From Candidatus Proelusimicrobium bovinum (lineage in GTDB: Bacteria; Elusimicrobiota; Elusimicrobia; Elusimicrobiales; Elusimicrobiaceae): a stretch of DNA of 46,345 nt. The notes beneath the pieces were generated by a model. That model worked only from the letters and a program-made list of their open reading frames with translations, was not told the DNA's origin and did not search any database. Of this stretch, positions 19,445 through 29,168 are shown one piece after another. Location of the stretch: contig CADAXZ010000004.1 in NCBI GenBank assembly GCA_902791965.1, forward strand, positions 1 through 46,345. The letters are read 5' to 3'. Each line of letters starts with the position of its first letter. Position 1 is the stretch's first letter. The translations under genes were made by a program, and so were the position numbers.

Positions 19445-20758
19445 TTATTTGGAAGTTCTGTGATACAGATAAGTTCTCTTCCCTTTACTAATTTTTACAT
19501 TTTCAAAGACATATTCGTCAATAGCCTGCCCGTCTGCATTAAACAAAACAAGTTTAATATCGTGAACACCGGGCGTCAAAAATAAATTGGCCATTCTTAT
19601 TTCCGCAGGTAAAGTAAACCAAGAACGGGTATCGGCCTTTTCCGAAATATTTGAAAGGATACTGAATAAAGAACCCACAACCGTCCCCATAGTATCTCCT
19701 CCGTTCTTCTGGGCTATGTGTTTTGCCTGCACGCTTAAAATATATTTAGTTACCGCTCTGGTTGCCGTACGCATATATATAGCCGACATATTCTGCTTTA
19801 AAGTTTGTTTTGCCGCAAAGGAAATATCACTTACCAAAGTTGTATTTTTTAAAGGGCCGCCGTCTGCGGAAACAGCAGAAGATTTTATATGGTAATCCAC
19901 ATCTTTATATTCCGGCATACTTATTGTTACGGACTTGCCGTATGCCCCCGCATAAACAGCATCTATAACATCATTGCCTACACCGTTTAAATCACTGTTA
20001 TCATCTACCGCAAACCAAATATCATCCCAGGCAAGCATAAGCGATTTTGATATTTTTACAGGCGCTTTGCCGTTATAGTGAAATATTACCGCTTCCCCTA
20101 AATTCTGATAGTTTTCAGGTAAATAAACCTGCGGCATTTGCGCCCTTGATTCGCTTTGTTTTTTATAGGCATTTTCCGCATTAATGCGGGCTATTCTCGC
20201 ATCGGAAAGTTTACCGTTATCTTCAAAAATCATACTTGAAAAATACTGCACGAAAGCGTCATCATTATAAAGGTCTTTAGTTTGTTTTTCCCTGTTATTA
20301 TCAAGTAAAAATACTGCACGGTTGGCTTCCACCAATGAATCCTCGGGATAAGGCCCGTAAAGATAATCCATAGCCAAAAAGAAATGCATTAAAGCCTGCT
20401 CGTAAACAGGCGGATTATAAGGCACAGTATTATCATTTATTATAAGTGTACCCAAAGATGCACTTACACTTTTAACAGACAGATTATCGGTAATTTCCAG
20501 AGCGGAAGTAAGTGATTGTTTGCTGGCTTGGTTATCGTAGGCGGAACTTTGCGCCGTACTTAAATCCAAATAATATAAAACGGCATTTTTGTTGCCGTAC
20601 TGTTTTGATTTATTCTTTTCAACTATGCTAGCAGTTTTATCAAAACTGCCTTCGTTCATACTTTCAAGAATATTCTTTTTATAGCGTAAAGAAGGCCCGG
20701 TACACGCCGATAATAAGCATAAAGCAATTATTATAAGAGTAAACCGGGCTTTTTTCAT
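19445..20758 (-). CDS. hypothetical lipoprotein (437 aa)
   Basis: Lipobox LLSACTGP; large soluble domain with no recognisable catalytic motif; a 2-nt gap from the upstream LpoB-like gene, so likely translationally coupled. Confidence 0.6.
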   Translation of the reverse strand: MKKARFTLIIIALCLLSACTGPSLRYKKNILESMNEGSFDKTASIVEKNKSKQYGNKNAVLYYLDLSTAQSSAYDNQASKQSLTSALEITDNLSVKSVSASLGTLIINDNTVPYNPPVYEQALMHFFLAMDYLYGPYPEDSLVEANRAVFLLDNNREKQTKDLYNDDAFVQYFSSMIFEDNGKLSDARIARINAENAYKKQSESRAQMPQVYLPENYQNLGEAVIFHYNGKAPVKISKSLMLAWDDIWFAVDDNSDLNGVGNDVIDAVYAGAYGKSVTISMPEYKDVDYHIKSSAVSADGGPLKNTTLVSDISFAAKQTLKQNMSAIYMRTATRAVTKYILSVQAKHIAQKNGGDTMGTVVGSLFSILSNISEKADTRSWFTLPAEIRMANLFLTPGVHDIKLVLFNADGQAIDEYVFENVKISKGKRTYLYHRTSK

Positions 20759-20760
20759 TT

Positions 20761-21354
20761 TTATAATTTAAGGGAATTCTTTGCTACATATTTTTTAATT
20801 TGTTTCTGTCCGTTCCAAAGTATTTTATTGGTTTCAATATTGATAAGTTTCAAATTGACTTGATAAAATATTACGGACTTGCGGCCTTCTTTATCTATTA
20901 TGGAATTTAAAACACCGCTTAACATATAATCAGCGCCGACTTCCTTGCCGAAGGCTTTTCTTGTTGCTTCGGAAGCATACTCATCCTGTTCAAGCCTTTC
21001 CTGACGGATTTCACCGCGTTCGGAAGAACTTGCCACAAATTCCACTTTGCCGCTGTTGATTAAAGCCCTTTGCATTTCTTCAATAAAAGTGCGGGTATTA
21101 ATATGTTCCATACTGTCATTTACCACAGTACCTACTATAACAACAGGTTCTTGGCCTTTAGTTTCTTTTACGGCTTTGGCATACCAAGGCCCGTTAAGAC
21201 ATTCCTGTATCATAGTTTCCGCGACTAATCTGGAATCGGTATCATTCCATTTGCCGCTTAAATCTTTAGTAGTATCTACATCCATACGCTCTACTTTCGT
21301 TCCGCACGCGAACAAAAACGGAAGAACAAAAAGAGCAAGCAGAAGTTTTTTCAT
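20761..21354 (-). CDS. LpoB-like lipoprotein (COG3417 / penicillin-binding protein activator LpoB fold)
   Basis: 197 aa; lipobox LFACGT; the core VVIVGTVVNDSMEHINTRTFIEEMQRALINSGKVEFVASS...ADYMLSGVLNS...IFYQVNLKLINIETNKILW parallels the E. coli LpoB globular domain (LLVDSVNNRTNGSLNAAEATETLRNALANNGKFTLVS...AHYVLYSS...QLMLVQTGEIIWSG); RBS AGGAG 6 nt upstream. Confidence 0.6.
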   Translation of the reverse strand: MKKLLLALFVLPFLFACGTKVERMDVDTTKDLSGKWNDTDSRLVAETMIQECLNGPWYAKAVKETKGQEPVVIVGTVVNDSMEHINTRTFIEEMQRALINSGKVEFVASSSERGEIRQERLEQDEYASEATRKAFGKEVGADYMLSGVLNSIIDKEGRKSVIFYQVNLKLINIETNKILWNGQKQIKKYVAKNSLKL

Positions 21355-21415
21355 TTTATCTCCTTGTATTTCATTAAATGTATATATATTTTATTTTCTA
21401 ACTTAATAGGGAAAT

Positions 21416-21442
21416 TGTCAAGATAGTTTACAAAATTGTCAA
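21416..21442 (-). promoter_or_regulatory. two tandem TTGACA -35-like boxes upstream of the envelope operon (candidate promoter)
   Basis: Minus-strand TTGACA at 21442..21437 and 21421..21416; the first is followed at 17 nt by GACAAT; a weak -10, so low confidence. Confidence 0.3.
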
Positions 21443-21525
21443 AAGCATTTTTCGCTTATAATAAACATTAAAGTAAGTATATTTTAAAAGCAAGATGAAA
21501 CGGTTATCATAATAAAATTTTAAAG

Positions 21526-21556
21526 ACAAACAAAAACCCCCGACGCAAATCGGGGG
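21526..21556 (-). terminator. rho-independent terminator after tRNA-Ala
   Basis: cccccga-cgcaaa-tcggggg, 7-bp stem, followed on the minus strand by tttttgtttg. Confidence 0.8.
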
Positions 21557-21566
21557 CTTTGAAATC

Positions 21567-21642
21567 TGGTGGACCTGATCGGGATCGAACCGGTGACCTC
21601 CTGCATGCCATGCAGGCGCTCTCCCAGCTGAGCTACAGGCCC
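21567..21642 (-). tRNA. tRNA-Ala (anticodon GGC), 76 nt with encoded CCA
   Basis: Reverse complement GGGCCTGTAGCTCAGCTGGGAGAGCGCCTGCATGGCATGCAGGAGGTCACCGGTTCGATCCCGATCAGGTCCACCA; G3:U70 alanine identity pair; anticodon loop ATGGCAT; one C:A mismatch in the T-stem (positions 50:64). Confidence 0.9.
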
Positions 21643-21701
21643 GTACATATATATTAGCAAATATAACCTTAAATTACAACCTTACAAACGAAATGATAGA
21701 T

Positions 21702-22445
21702 TTATTTACCTTGGCCCAACCTTTTTGAAAGTATTTCCGGAAGGCCGCGTTCTTCTATCTTTTTTTGTACCGAGGCAATATCATAAGGTATACGGATAAG
21801 ACGGAAAGTCTGTTGTTTGGTGTCTAAAATACCAAAAGATGCTTTTGCATTGGTATCGCGCGGCTGGCCTATTGAACCCGGGTTTATAACATATCTTATC
21901 GCGGGCAGCATTTTTATTGTTACATCAGAACCTAAAAACAAATCTATCTGAGGCATACGGTTGCTTTTATAACTCATAATAAAAGGCACATGGCTATGCC
22001 CTACAAAACATAAACTGCCTTTCCACTTATCTAAATTTAAAACAAATTGTTCTGAAGATAAAAGATAATCCCTGAACGGATCTAAAAAAGAACCGTGCAC
22101 CATACAAAAATCTTTGCCGTGATATTCTTTAGCGAAAGTTTTTATAAATTCCTGCGATTGCTTTGACAGATTCCTTGCCGTATATAACATAGACTGCTTG
22201 GCATAATCACTAAACCACGCAAAGAAATCTTCCCTAAAAAGGCTCATATCGTGATTGCCCGCTACGGCAATAAGATTTTTAAGCCCCATCATACGGCGGC
22301 AACAATCTTCGGGGTCAGGCCCGTAGCCTATCAAATCCCCGCAAAAAGCATAACCGTCGACACCGCCTAATTCTTCTATCTTCTTTAAGACGGCCTCAAA
22401 GGCTTCATAGTTTGAATGTATATCAGAAAGTACGGCGTATCTCAT
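21702..22445 (-). CDS. metallophosphoesterase (calcineurin-like phosphoesterase family)
   Basis: 247 aa; motifs DIHSN, GDLIGYGPDP, GNHD and GHSH match the binuclear metallophosphatase signature. Confidence 0.85.
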   Translation of the reverse strand: MRYAVLSDIHSNYEAFEAVLKKIEELGGVDGYAFCGDLIGYGPDPEDCCRRMMGLKNLIAVAGNHDMSLFREDFFAWFSDYAKQSMLYTARNLSKQSQEFIKTFAKEYHGKDFCMVHGSFLDPFRDYLLSSEQFVLNLDKWKGSLCFVGHSHVPFIMSYKSNRMPQIDLFLGSDVTIKMLPAIRYVINPGSIGQPRDTNAKASFGILDTKQQTFRLIRIPYDIASVQKKIEERGLPEILSKRLGQGK

Positions 22446-22513
22446 CTATCTTTATTAGACTTTAATTTATCCTGATAGTCAAGTTTTAACGAAAATGAAC
22501 TTGTCTGATTATG

Positions 22514-25500
22514 TTATTTTGAAGCTGCTTCAACAAGATTTTTCGTTTTGGCGTCCTGGTCTTTCAAATTTAAAGAAAGAACCTTTGAAACACCGTTTTC
22601 TTCCATAGTAACACCGTAAAGCATTTGGGCCGCTTCCATAGTGCGTTTATTGTGTGTTACTACTATAAACTGCGTCTTTTTGGCATATTCTTTTATAAGA
22701 TTTGTAAACCTTTCCACATTTGCTTCATCAAGCGGGGCATCCGCTTCATCCAAAATACAGAAAGGCGAAGGATTATGCGTAAAGAAGGCAAACAGCAAAG
22801 ACACTACCGTTAAAGCCTTTTCCCCGCCGGAAAGTGCAGAAATATTTAATACTTTTTTGCCGGGCGGCTGAACAGTTATCTCTATGCCCGTTTCAAGCAA
22901 GTTTTCAGGGCTGGTTAAAATCAGTTCGGCTTCCCCGCCGACAAATAAACTTTGGTAAATATTTTTAAAATGGGAACGGACTTGCTCAAAAGTATATTTA
23001 AAATTATCCCTTGTAGTAGCATTTATTTTTGATATTGCCGCTTTTAAATCACGCTTGGCACAACTTAAATCTTCAATCTGCTTTTTAAGGAAAGTATCTC
23101 TTTGGGTTAAGGCATCATATTCTTCCGGTGCAGTCATATTTACCGCGCCCATATTTTCTATGCGCTTTCTCATCATTTTTACGCGCTCGTAATCAACTTT
23201 TATGCCGCCCCATTTCATTTGGGCTTCCTGCTGGGTTATATTCCACGATTCAAGTAAATTATTTATTATTGCTGTTTTTTGGCGGCGGTGGTTTGTTAAA
23301 GCATTTTCCAAATCGTGTGCTTTTAAAGTAAGTTCGTTTATGCTTGTTTTATAACTGTTTAACTTGGTATTTTTTTCTTCAAAATCTGTTTTAAGCGCAT
23401 TCAAGTCGCCCTGCATTTTATTTTCCGCGACTTCCAAAGCGGCTAAAGTATCCCTTTGGGCGGAAAGTTTTGCTTGGGAAGAAAGTTTTTCCGCATCTAA
23501 AGTTTTTATTCTTTCATTGGCTTTTATAATATTTTCCCCGCGTTTTACCTGTGCTTCTTTAAGGGAAGTTTCTTCCGTAAGCGCTGTTTTAAAATCAAGT
23601 TCCAAATTATTCTTTTTTATTTTGGCTTCATAAAGTTTGGCATTAGCCTGTTCAATTTCCGCCTTTAAAGTTTCTTCCTTGTTTTGTAATCCTTCCCTTT
23701 GCTTGCGGGCTTGTTCCGCCGCATTTTTGGCTTGTGCGTAAGAAGAACCCATTTTTTCAAGTTCGGCTTTAATAGCGGAGGATTTTTGCTTTCTTGATTC
23801 TATCTTTTCCGCTACTTCCTGCTTATTCTTAATTATTTGGGAACAGGCCTGCATTATTTCATTTAAGCCGCGCTGATGCAAATTTATATCATTTTTGAGG
23901 GAATTGGCAGCAATGCTTTCTTCCTGAAATTTAATCCTTAAAATTTTGATTTCTTCTTCAGCCGTACGGATTTGTCCGTTAAGTCCGCTAAGTTCTTTAT
24001 TAAGTTCTTCTTGCTTGGATGAAACTTCTTTAAGTTCTTTTTTGGCGGCGGCTTCTTCCCCCCAATAAGCCTCTGGTGATTTTACGCCTTCTGCGCCGCC
24101 GGAAAGCCAAAACCCGTCGGCAATCTCTCCCCCATCTGCACAATAAGAGCAGGCTATATATTTTACCAGCCCTTCAAGTTCGGGGGGATATTCAATAAAA
24201 TCTGTTAAACTCTTAGCGTTCTTAAGCAAAGATTCCCCTTTTATAAAAGCCGGAACTGAAGGCAAAATTATAAAGCGGCAGCGGGCTTTGCCTTTTTGCT
24301 TAAGCAAGGCTATTGCTTCTTTTGCCGCTTCAAAATTATCGCAAAGCACGGAATCTAAAAACTTGCCGAAAGTTTCCTCAACAGTAAGGGAATCGGCTTC
24401 ATCAAATTTAAGGTATTTCCTTAAAGTACCTTTAATGCCTTTTATTGCACTTTCTTCAACAAGTTTAGTACCTACCCAATAAGGGTCATTTTTACCTTGG
24501 CTTTGTATCATCTGCATTTTGGCATTTAAGGATGCACGCTTGGCATTAAGCGCATTTATTTGTTCGTTTAAAGTTGTACGCTTTTCATTAAGCGCGGATA
24601 AAGTGTTTTCCGCTTTGCTTTGGTTTTGTTTTATTTGCGAAAGAGAATTTTCTTTTCCCTTTAAGGAATTATTTATTTGTTCAACTTCCTTTTTAAGGTT
24701 TTCCGCTCTTTCGTTTTGCGTCTGAAGGGAACGCTCCAAAGCAATTAAATTATTTTGTTCGTGGGAAAATGCTGATTCTTCCAACGCTATTTTGCCGGAA
24801 AGTTCCAACTGCTTTTGTGATATTTCAGCAACTTGCGCTGCGGCTTTTTCCACCAAAATTTGTGCTTGTTTTAAAGCCGCCTCATTGGCGTTAACTTCAG
24901 CATATTTCTTATTATATTGTTCTTGCAAAGGCTGGTATGTATCCTGCGCAAGTTTGATTTTGTTTTTTAAATCTGCAAGTGCGGGAGTAAGTTGTGCAAG
25001 ACGCGCAAGAACTGTAGTTTCTTCCGCTTTGGAATTTTGCACCTGCAGGGTAAATTCCCCGCAAAGGTTAATGCAGTTTTGTATTGCCCCTTCCAAAAGA
25101 CCGATTTGATATTTTGCGGCGGCTATCTTTTCGCTGAATTGGGATAGTTCGTTTTGTTTGTGGGTTAAGTTTAAATTTAAAGCCGCTACCGAACCTTCCA
25201 GTGCGGAAACGGAATTTTTCTTATCTTCTATTTCTTTTAAAACAGGTTCTAACTGAGCGGCTGCCGCTTGTATTTCTCCGTCGTGGCTTTTTATATTTTC
25301 CAGAGAGATGGCAATCTCGCTGCTTTTAAGTTCTTCCCTGTATTTTTGGTAAAGACGGGCTTTGCGCGCTTCGTTATCCAATTTTTTTATTTGCTCTGCA
25401 ATAAGGGCCAGAGTATCGCTTAAACGGGCAATATCCATATCCACGCGTTCAAGTTTGCGTACGGCTTCTTCCCTCTTGGCTTTGTATTTGGAAACTCCGG

Positions 25501-25993
25501 CCACTTCCTCAAACATCTCACGCCTTTGTTCGGGGCTGGCTTCAAGCATTTGGTTTACCGAGCCTTGGTCTATAATAGCATAGCCTTCCCCGCCTATGCC
25601 GGTATCCAAAAACATTTCCCTTATATCTTTAAGGCGGCATTGTACGCGGTTTAAAAAGTATTCGCTTTCTCCGGAGCGGTAAATCTTGCGCGAAACCGTA
25701 ACCTCATTAAAGGCTACGGGCAATTTATGCGAGGTGTTATCAAACACCATACTTACCTGTGCCATATTTAAAGGAGGGCGCTTTCTTGTACCGTTAAAAA
25801 TTATATCCACCATTGAACTTGAACGCAGGGACTTCCAGGACATTTCCCCTATCGCCCAGCGCACGGAATCTATAACATTTGATTTGCCGCACCCGTTCGG
25901 GCCGACTATACAAGATACACCAGGCTCAAAATTAAGCCTTACTTTATCCGCGAAAGATTTAAAACCGACAATTTCAATAGCCTTAAGATACAT
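22514..25993 (-). CDS. smc: chromosome condensation/segregation ATPase SMC
   Basis: 1159 aa; N-terminal Walker A FKSFADKVRLNFEPGVSCIVGPNGCGKSNVIDSVRWAIGE; long coiled coils with a central hinge (GIKGTLRKYL...); C-terminal LSGGEKALTVVSLLFA signature and Walker B/D-loop (ILDEADAPLD). Confidence 0.95.
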   Translation of the reverse strand: MYLKAIEIVGFKSFADKVRLNFEPGVSCIVGPNGCGKSNVIDSVRWAIGEMSWKSLRSSSMVDIIFNGTRKRPPLNMAQVSMVFDNTSHKLPVAFNEVTVSRKIYRSGESEYFLNRVQCRLKDIREMFLDTGIGGEGYAIIDQGSVNQMLEASPEQRREMFEEVAGVSKYKAKREEAVRKLERVDMDIARLSDTLALIAEQIKKLDNEARKARLYQKYREELKSSEIAISLENIKSHDGEIQAAAAQLEPVLKEIEDKKNSVSALEGSVAALNLNLTHKQNELSQFSEKIAAAKYQIGLLEGAIQNCINLCGEFTLQVQNSKAEETTVLARLAQLTPALADLKNKIKLAQDTYQPLQEQYNKKYAEVNANEAALKQAQILVEKAAAQVAEISQKQLELSGKIALEESAFSHEQNNLIALERSLQTQNERAENLKKEVEQINNSLKGKENSLSQIKQNQSKAENTLSALNEKRTTLNEQINALNAKRASLNAKMQMIQSQGKNDPYWVGTKLVEESAIKGIKGTLRKYLKFDEADSLTVEETFGKFLDSVLCDNFEAAKEAIALLKQKGKARCRFIILPSVPAFIKGESLLKNAKSLTDFIEYPPELEGLVKYIACSYCADGGEIADGFWLSGGAEGVKSPEAYWGEEAAAKKELKEVSSKQEELNKELSGLNGQIRTAEEEIKILRIKFQEESIAANSLKNDINLHQRGLNEIMQACSQIIKNKQEVAEKIESRKQKSSAIKAELEKMGSSYAQAKNAAEQARKQREGLQNKEETLKAEIEQANAKLYEAKIKKNNLELDFKTALTEETSLKEAQVKRGENIIKANERIKTLDAEKLSSQAKLSAQRDTLAALEVAENKMQGDLNALKTDFEEKNTKLNSYKTSINELTLKAHDLENALTNHRRQKTAIINNLLESWNITQQEAQMKWGGIKVDYERVKMMRKRIENMGAVNMTAPEEYDALTQRDTFLKKQIEDLSCAKRDLKAAISKINATTRDNFKYTFEQVRSHFKNIYQSLFVGGEAELILTSPENLLETGIEITVQPPGKKVLNISALSGGEKALTVVSLLFAFFTHNPSPFCILDEADAPLDEANVERFTNLIKEYAKKTQFIVVTHNKRTMEAAQMLYGVTMEENGVSKVLSLNLKDQDAKTKNLVEAASK

Positions 25994-26109
25994 AGTTGTT
26001 CCAAGATTAAATAAGGGCCGTAAAGCCCTTTTTAATATGATACTAAATTTTGCTTATTGATAAAATTTTTGGCATAATGGAAATATAAATTAACATTAGG
26101 GAGGTTTTA

Positions 26110-26874
26110 ATGAAAAAACTGTTATTTACGGCCCTCGTCTTGGGCTTACTCGGCTTGAATGCCTCGGCTAAATCAATTACCAATCCCCTTTATATGCCTG
26201 ATGAGGGGCAATTATTATTTGATATTGCCGCTTACGGTACTGATACTACCAATGATACCAATAATAAAGTATATAATGCACGCGGTGCGCTATCTTTAGG
26301 GCTTACCGACAGGCTTCAAATCGGCGGTTATATAGGATACAGAAAAATAGACACAACCGATAAAAAAGATTTTACCAATCCGGGCGCTTTTGCTATTTTA
26401 AGGCTGTGGAATACCGGCCTTGATATAGATTTGGGCGGCCGTGTAGAATTTGATGCCTTTGACGATACCACAGAAGGCGGCGTTGCCGACGGAACGGATA
26501 AATACGGCTTTTTTGCCAGAGCAGGCGCAGATTTGGGCGTATTTTATTTAGGCGGTGTGGCAGGGCTTGACTATTGGGACGGCCTCGGCGCTAAAGCGAT
26601 GAGCAAAACCAATGACAACAAAATCTATAACGGCAATGCAAAAGCCTTTGTAATTATTGATGTTATGGATATTAGAGGTATCGGCGGGGAAGCCGGCTAT
26701 AAAGTTTATGATATGGGCGGCGACAGTTATTATAAAGGCTACAGCCTTACGGGCCGTTTGGATATTAACCCCATACCTTCAAGATTAGGTTTTACGGCTT
26801 TCGTAACTTATGAAAAACTTAACCACATGGACGATACATTAACCGTAGGTTTAAATGCCAAATTCAAAATTTAA
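26110..26874 (+). CDS. putative outer-membrane beta-barrel protein (porin/OMP-like)
   Basis: 254 aa; cleavable signal peptide; alternating hydrophobic/aromatic pattern rich in G/D/Y/T; C-terminal FKI; RBS GGGAGG upstream. Confidence 0.5.
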   Translation: MKKLLFTALVLGLLGLNASAKSITNPLYMPDEGQLLFDIAAYGTDTTNDTNNKVYNARGALSLGLTDRLQIGGYIGYRKIDTTDKKDFTNPGAFAILRLWNTGLDIDLGGRVEFDAFDDTTEGGVADGTDKYGFFARAGADLGVFYLGGVAGLDYWDGLGAKAMSKTNDNKIYNGNAKAFVIIDVMDIRGIGGEAGYKVYDMGGDSYYKGYSLTGRLDINPIPSRLGFTAFVTYEKLNHMDDTLTVGLNAKFKI

Positions 26875-26896
26875 GTTTAAAGTTTAAGCATTTTAA

Positions 26897-26929
26897 AAGC
26901 CCCGCATTTTTTTGTGTGGGGCTTTTTTA
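26897..26929. terminator. bidirectional terminator between the OMP gene and the convergent NUDIX gene
   Basis: gccccgc ... gtggggc stem (7 bp with one G:U) followed by tttttt. Confidence 0.6.
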
Positions 26930-26945
26930 CAGTAAATTTTATGTT

Positions 26946-27428
26946 TTATTCCTGATTATGCCGTGTATCAGAAGATTCTTCCTGGGAAGATAAATGCATA
27001 CGCTGGGTTTGCAGTGCAATAGCGTGTTCCCTTTCTATAATATCCAAAAGGCGCAAATCGCTGGGGTATTCCACCATTTCCTTGGCTTTGCTGATTGACA
27101 CCCAATTTATAGCAAGTATTTCGGAAGGGTCGTGGCGGCCTATGCGGCCCAACTTCTTCATAAGATACCACTGTACAACTTTTTTGATATATTTCCCTTT
27201 AAGTGTAAAAGCATAACGCACTTTAAGCATAGGCTTTAAAATACTTGCTTTGTAGCCTGTTTCTTCAAGCACTTCCCTTAAAGCGGCTTGGCGCGGAGTT
27301 TCGCCCGCTTCTATATGTCCTTTCGGGAAAGTCCATATTTTGCGGCCTTTCATACTTTTTACTTGGACGAGTAATACTTTGTTGCCTTCAAGAACTACTC
27401 CCCCGCAGGAAAACTCCGGCACTACCAT
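26946..27428 (-). CDS. NUDIX hydrolase
   Basis: 160 aa; Nudix box GHIEAGETPRQAALREVLEETGY (GX5EX7REUXEEXGU). Confidence 0.85.
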   Translation of the reverse strand: MVVPEFSCGGVVLEGNKVLLVQVKSMKGRKIWTFPKGHIEAGETPRQAALREVLEETGYKASILKPMLKVRYAFTLKGKYIKKVVQWYLMKKLGRIGRHDPSEILAINWVSISKAKEMVEYPSDLRLLDIIEREHAIALQTQRMHLSSQEESSDTRHNQE

Positions 27429-27430
27429 AA

Positions 27431-28821
27431 TTATTTCTCCAAAAGTCCGGCCAAAGCATAAAGTTTGGCTTCATCAAAAAAATTACCGTATAACTGTAAG
27501 CCTACCGGCAAGCCTTTTGAATCTTTACCGTAAGGGAAACTTAAAGCAGGCACTCCGGCAATGTTTGCCGGCGCAGTATACAGGTCCGAAAGATATAATG
27601 ATATTAAATCATTTACCTTTTCCCCTATTTTAAAAGCCGTATTGGGTGTAGCGGGCAAAAGCACGGCGTCAACCTGTTTAAATGCCTCAACAAAATCATT
27701 TTTAATTAAGTTGCGTACCTTTTGGGCTTTTAAATAATAATCTTCCGCGTGCGCGCTGCCTAAGGAAAATGTACCAAGCATTATTCTGCGTTTTACTTCC
27801 GGCCCGAATTTTGCCCTGTCTTTAAGATAACTTTCTTCCAAATCTTCTGCGCTATTATCTTTATATCCGTAGCGCAAACCGTCAAAACGGGCTAAATTGC
27901 TGCTGGCTTCGCTGCTGGTTAAAATATAATAACAAGGCGATGCGTATTTACAATAAGGCATAGAAATTTCCTTAAACTTTACGCCTTTTTTAGAAAGATT
28001 TTCCTTTGCCGCATTAACGCAGGCAAGTATTTCCGGATTCAAATCTTTAAGGAAATCAGACGGTATGCCTACCGTAAAATCCTTAGCGTCTAAATTTTCC
28101 GCTTTGAAAGCAGGTTTATCTGCACTTGTGGAGTCTTTAGGGTCGTAGCCGCAAAGCACTTCCAGCAGTAAAGCATTATCCTGTAAATCTGCGGTTAAAG
28201 GGCCTATCTGGTCCGCGCTGGAAGCAAAAGCCACAAGCCCGTAGCGCGAAACCGTACCGTAAGTAGGTTTAAGCCCGTAAATGCCGCAAAAAGCCGCAGG
28301 CTGGCGGATAGAACCGCCCGTATCGCTGCCCAAAGCCATATTTACCATACCGCACGCAACAGCCGCCGCGCTGCCGCCGCTGCTGCCGCCGGGTACTCTT
28401 TGTAAATCCAAAGGATTTTTGACGGGACCGAAAGCGGAGTTTTCGTTGGAAGAACCCATAGCAAATTCGTCCATATTAAGTTTACCTAAACTTATCAAAC
28501 CTTCATTTTCTAACTTTTCTACAACAGTTGCATTATATGGTGCAACAAAATTCTCAAGTATTTTAAAGCGCAGGAAGCAATATGCCCCTTATACAAAATA
28601 TTATCTTTTATTGCCACGCATACGCCAGCAAGTTTGCCCCTTTTTTCCGGCTCTTTACAATCAACGGCGCGTGCTTGCGCCAGAGCGGATTCTTCAAAAA
28701 CTTCTAAAAAAGCATTAATTTCCGGATTTTTACGCTTGATAAATTCAAGGCAGTTTCTTGTAAGTTCTTCCGCTTTAAGTTCCCCTTTGCGGACTTTTTC
28801 TGCTGTTTGTGCTGCGTTCAT
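27431..28821 (-). CDS. gatA: Glu-tRNA(Gln) amidotransferase subunit A, interrupted by a 1-nt frameshift in a homopolymer (two ORFs: 28519..28821 and 27431..28498)
   Basis: The upstream ORF encodes the GatA N-terminus through KDNI...ASCALK. The downstream ORF, extended upstream in its own frame, reads (K)ILENFVAPYNATVVEKLENEGLISLGKLNMDEFAMGSS..., which is the continuing amidase signature. One extra A in the A4 run (the T4 on the + strand at 28561..28564) would restore ...CALKILENF..., matching TTCASKILENF of characterised GatA. Confidence 0.8.
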
Positions 28822-28822
28822 A

Positions 28823-29104
28823 TTATAAGACCTTCTTAACTTTTAAATTATTGCCTTCTCTGTCGTTAAAAGCGGCGGAAATTTCCGCTGCATAGGCGCA
28901 TACGGCGGGGGTATCTTCCCTTAAAGGCGCACTTTTTGTATAAGAATTTTGCGCCTGCGGTGCGGAAGTATCCACGCCTTGCAGTTGGGCCACCCATTCA
29001 AGTACGGCAGACATCTGCTTTGAATAGAGGGCCGCTTCCTGTTCGGTAATATCAATTTTTGCCAATTTGGCGGTTTTTTTAATATCTTCTAAAGTTGTTT
29101 GCAT
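28823..29104 (-). CDS. gatC: Glu-tRNA(Gln) amidotransferase subunit C
   Basis: 93 aa; length, position immediately upstream of gatA (1-nt gap) and conserved pattern (…AKLAKIDITEQE… …DTS…) fit GatC. Confidence 0.8.
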   Translation of the reverse strand: MQTTLEDIKKTAKLAKIDITEQEAALYSKQMSAVLEWVAQLQGVDTSAPQAQNSYTKSAPLREDTPAVCAYAAEISAAFNDREGNNLKVKKVL

Positions 29105-29168
29105 ACTATCATTTTAGCAATTTTATAATGTATAATACATTAAAGATATAAAAAGGGGGAGGATATTT

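Noticed and set aside
21702-25993. Possibility that the SMC-like ATPase plus adjacent metallophosphoesterase form an SbcCD-like nuclease or a Wadjet/Lamassu-type defence module
   Set aside because: The large protein has a true SMC hinge and the N/C-terminal head motifs of the chromosomal condensin Smc. The phosphoesterase is a short YfcE-like calcineurin-fold protein, not an SbcD/Mre11. Both sit amid housekeeping genes.
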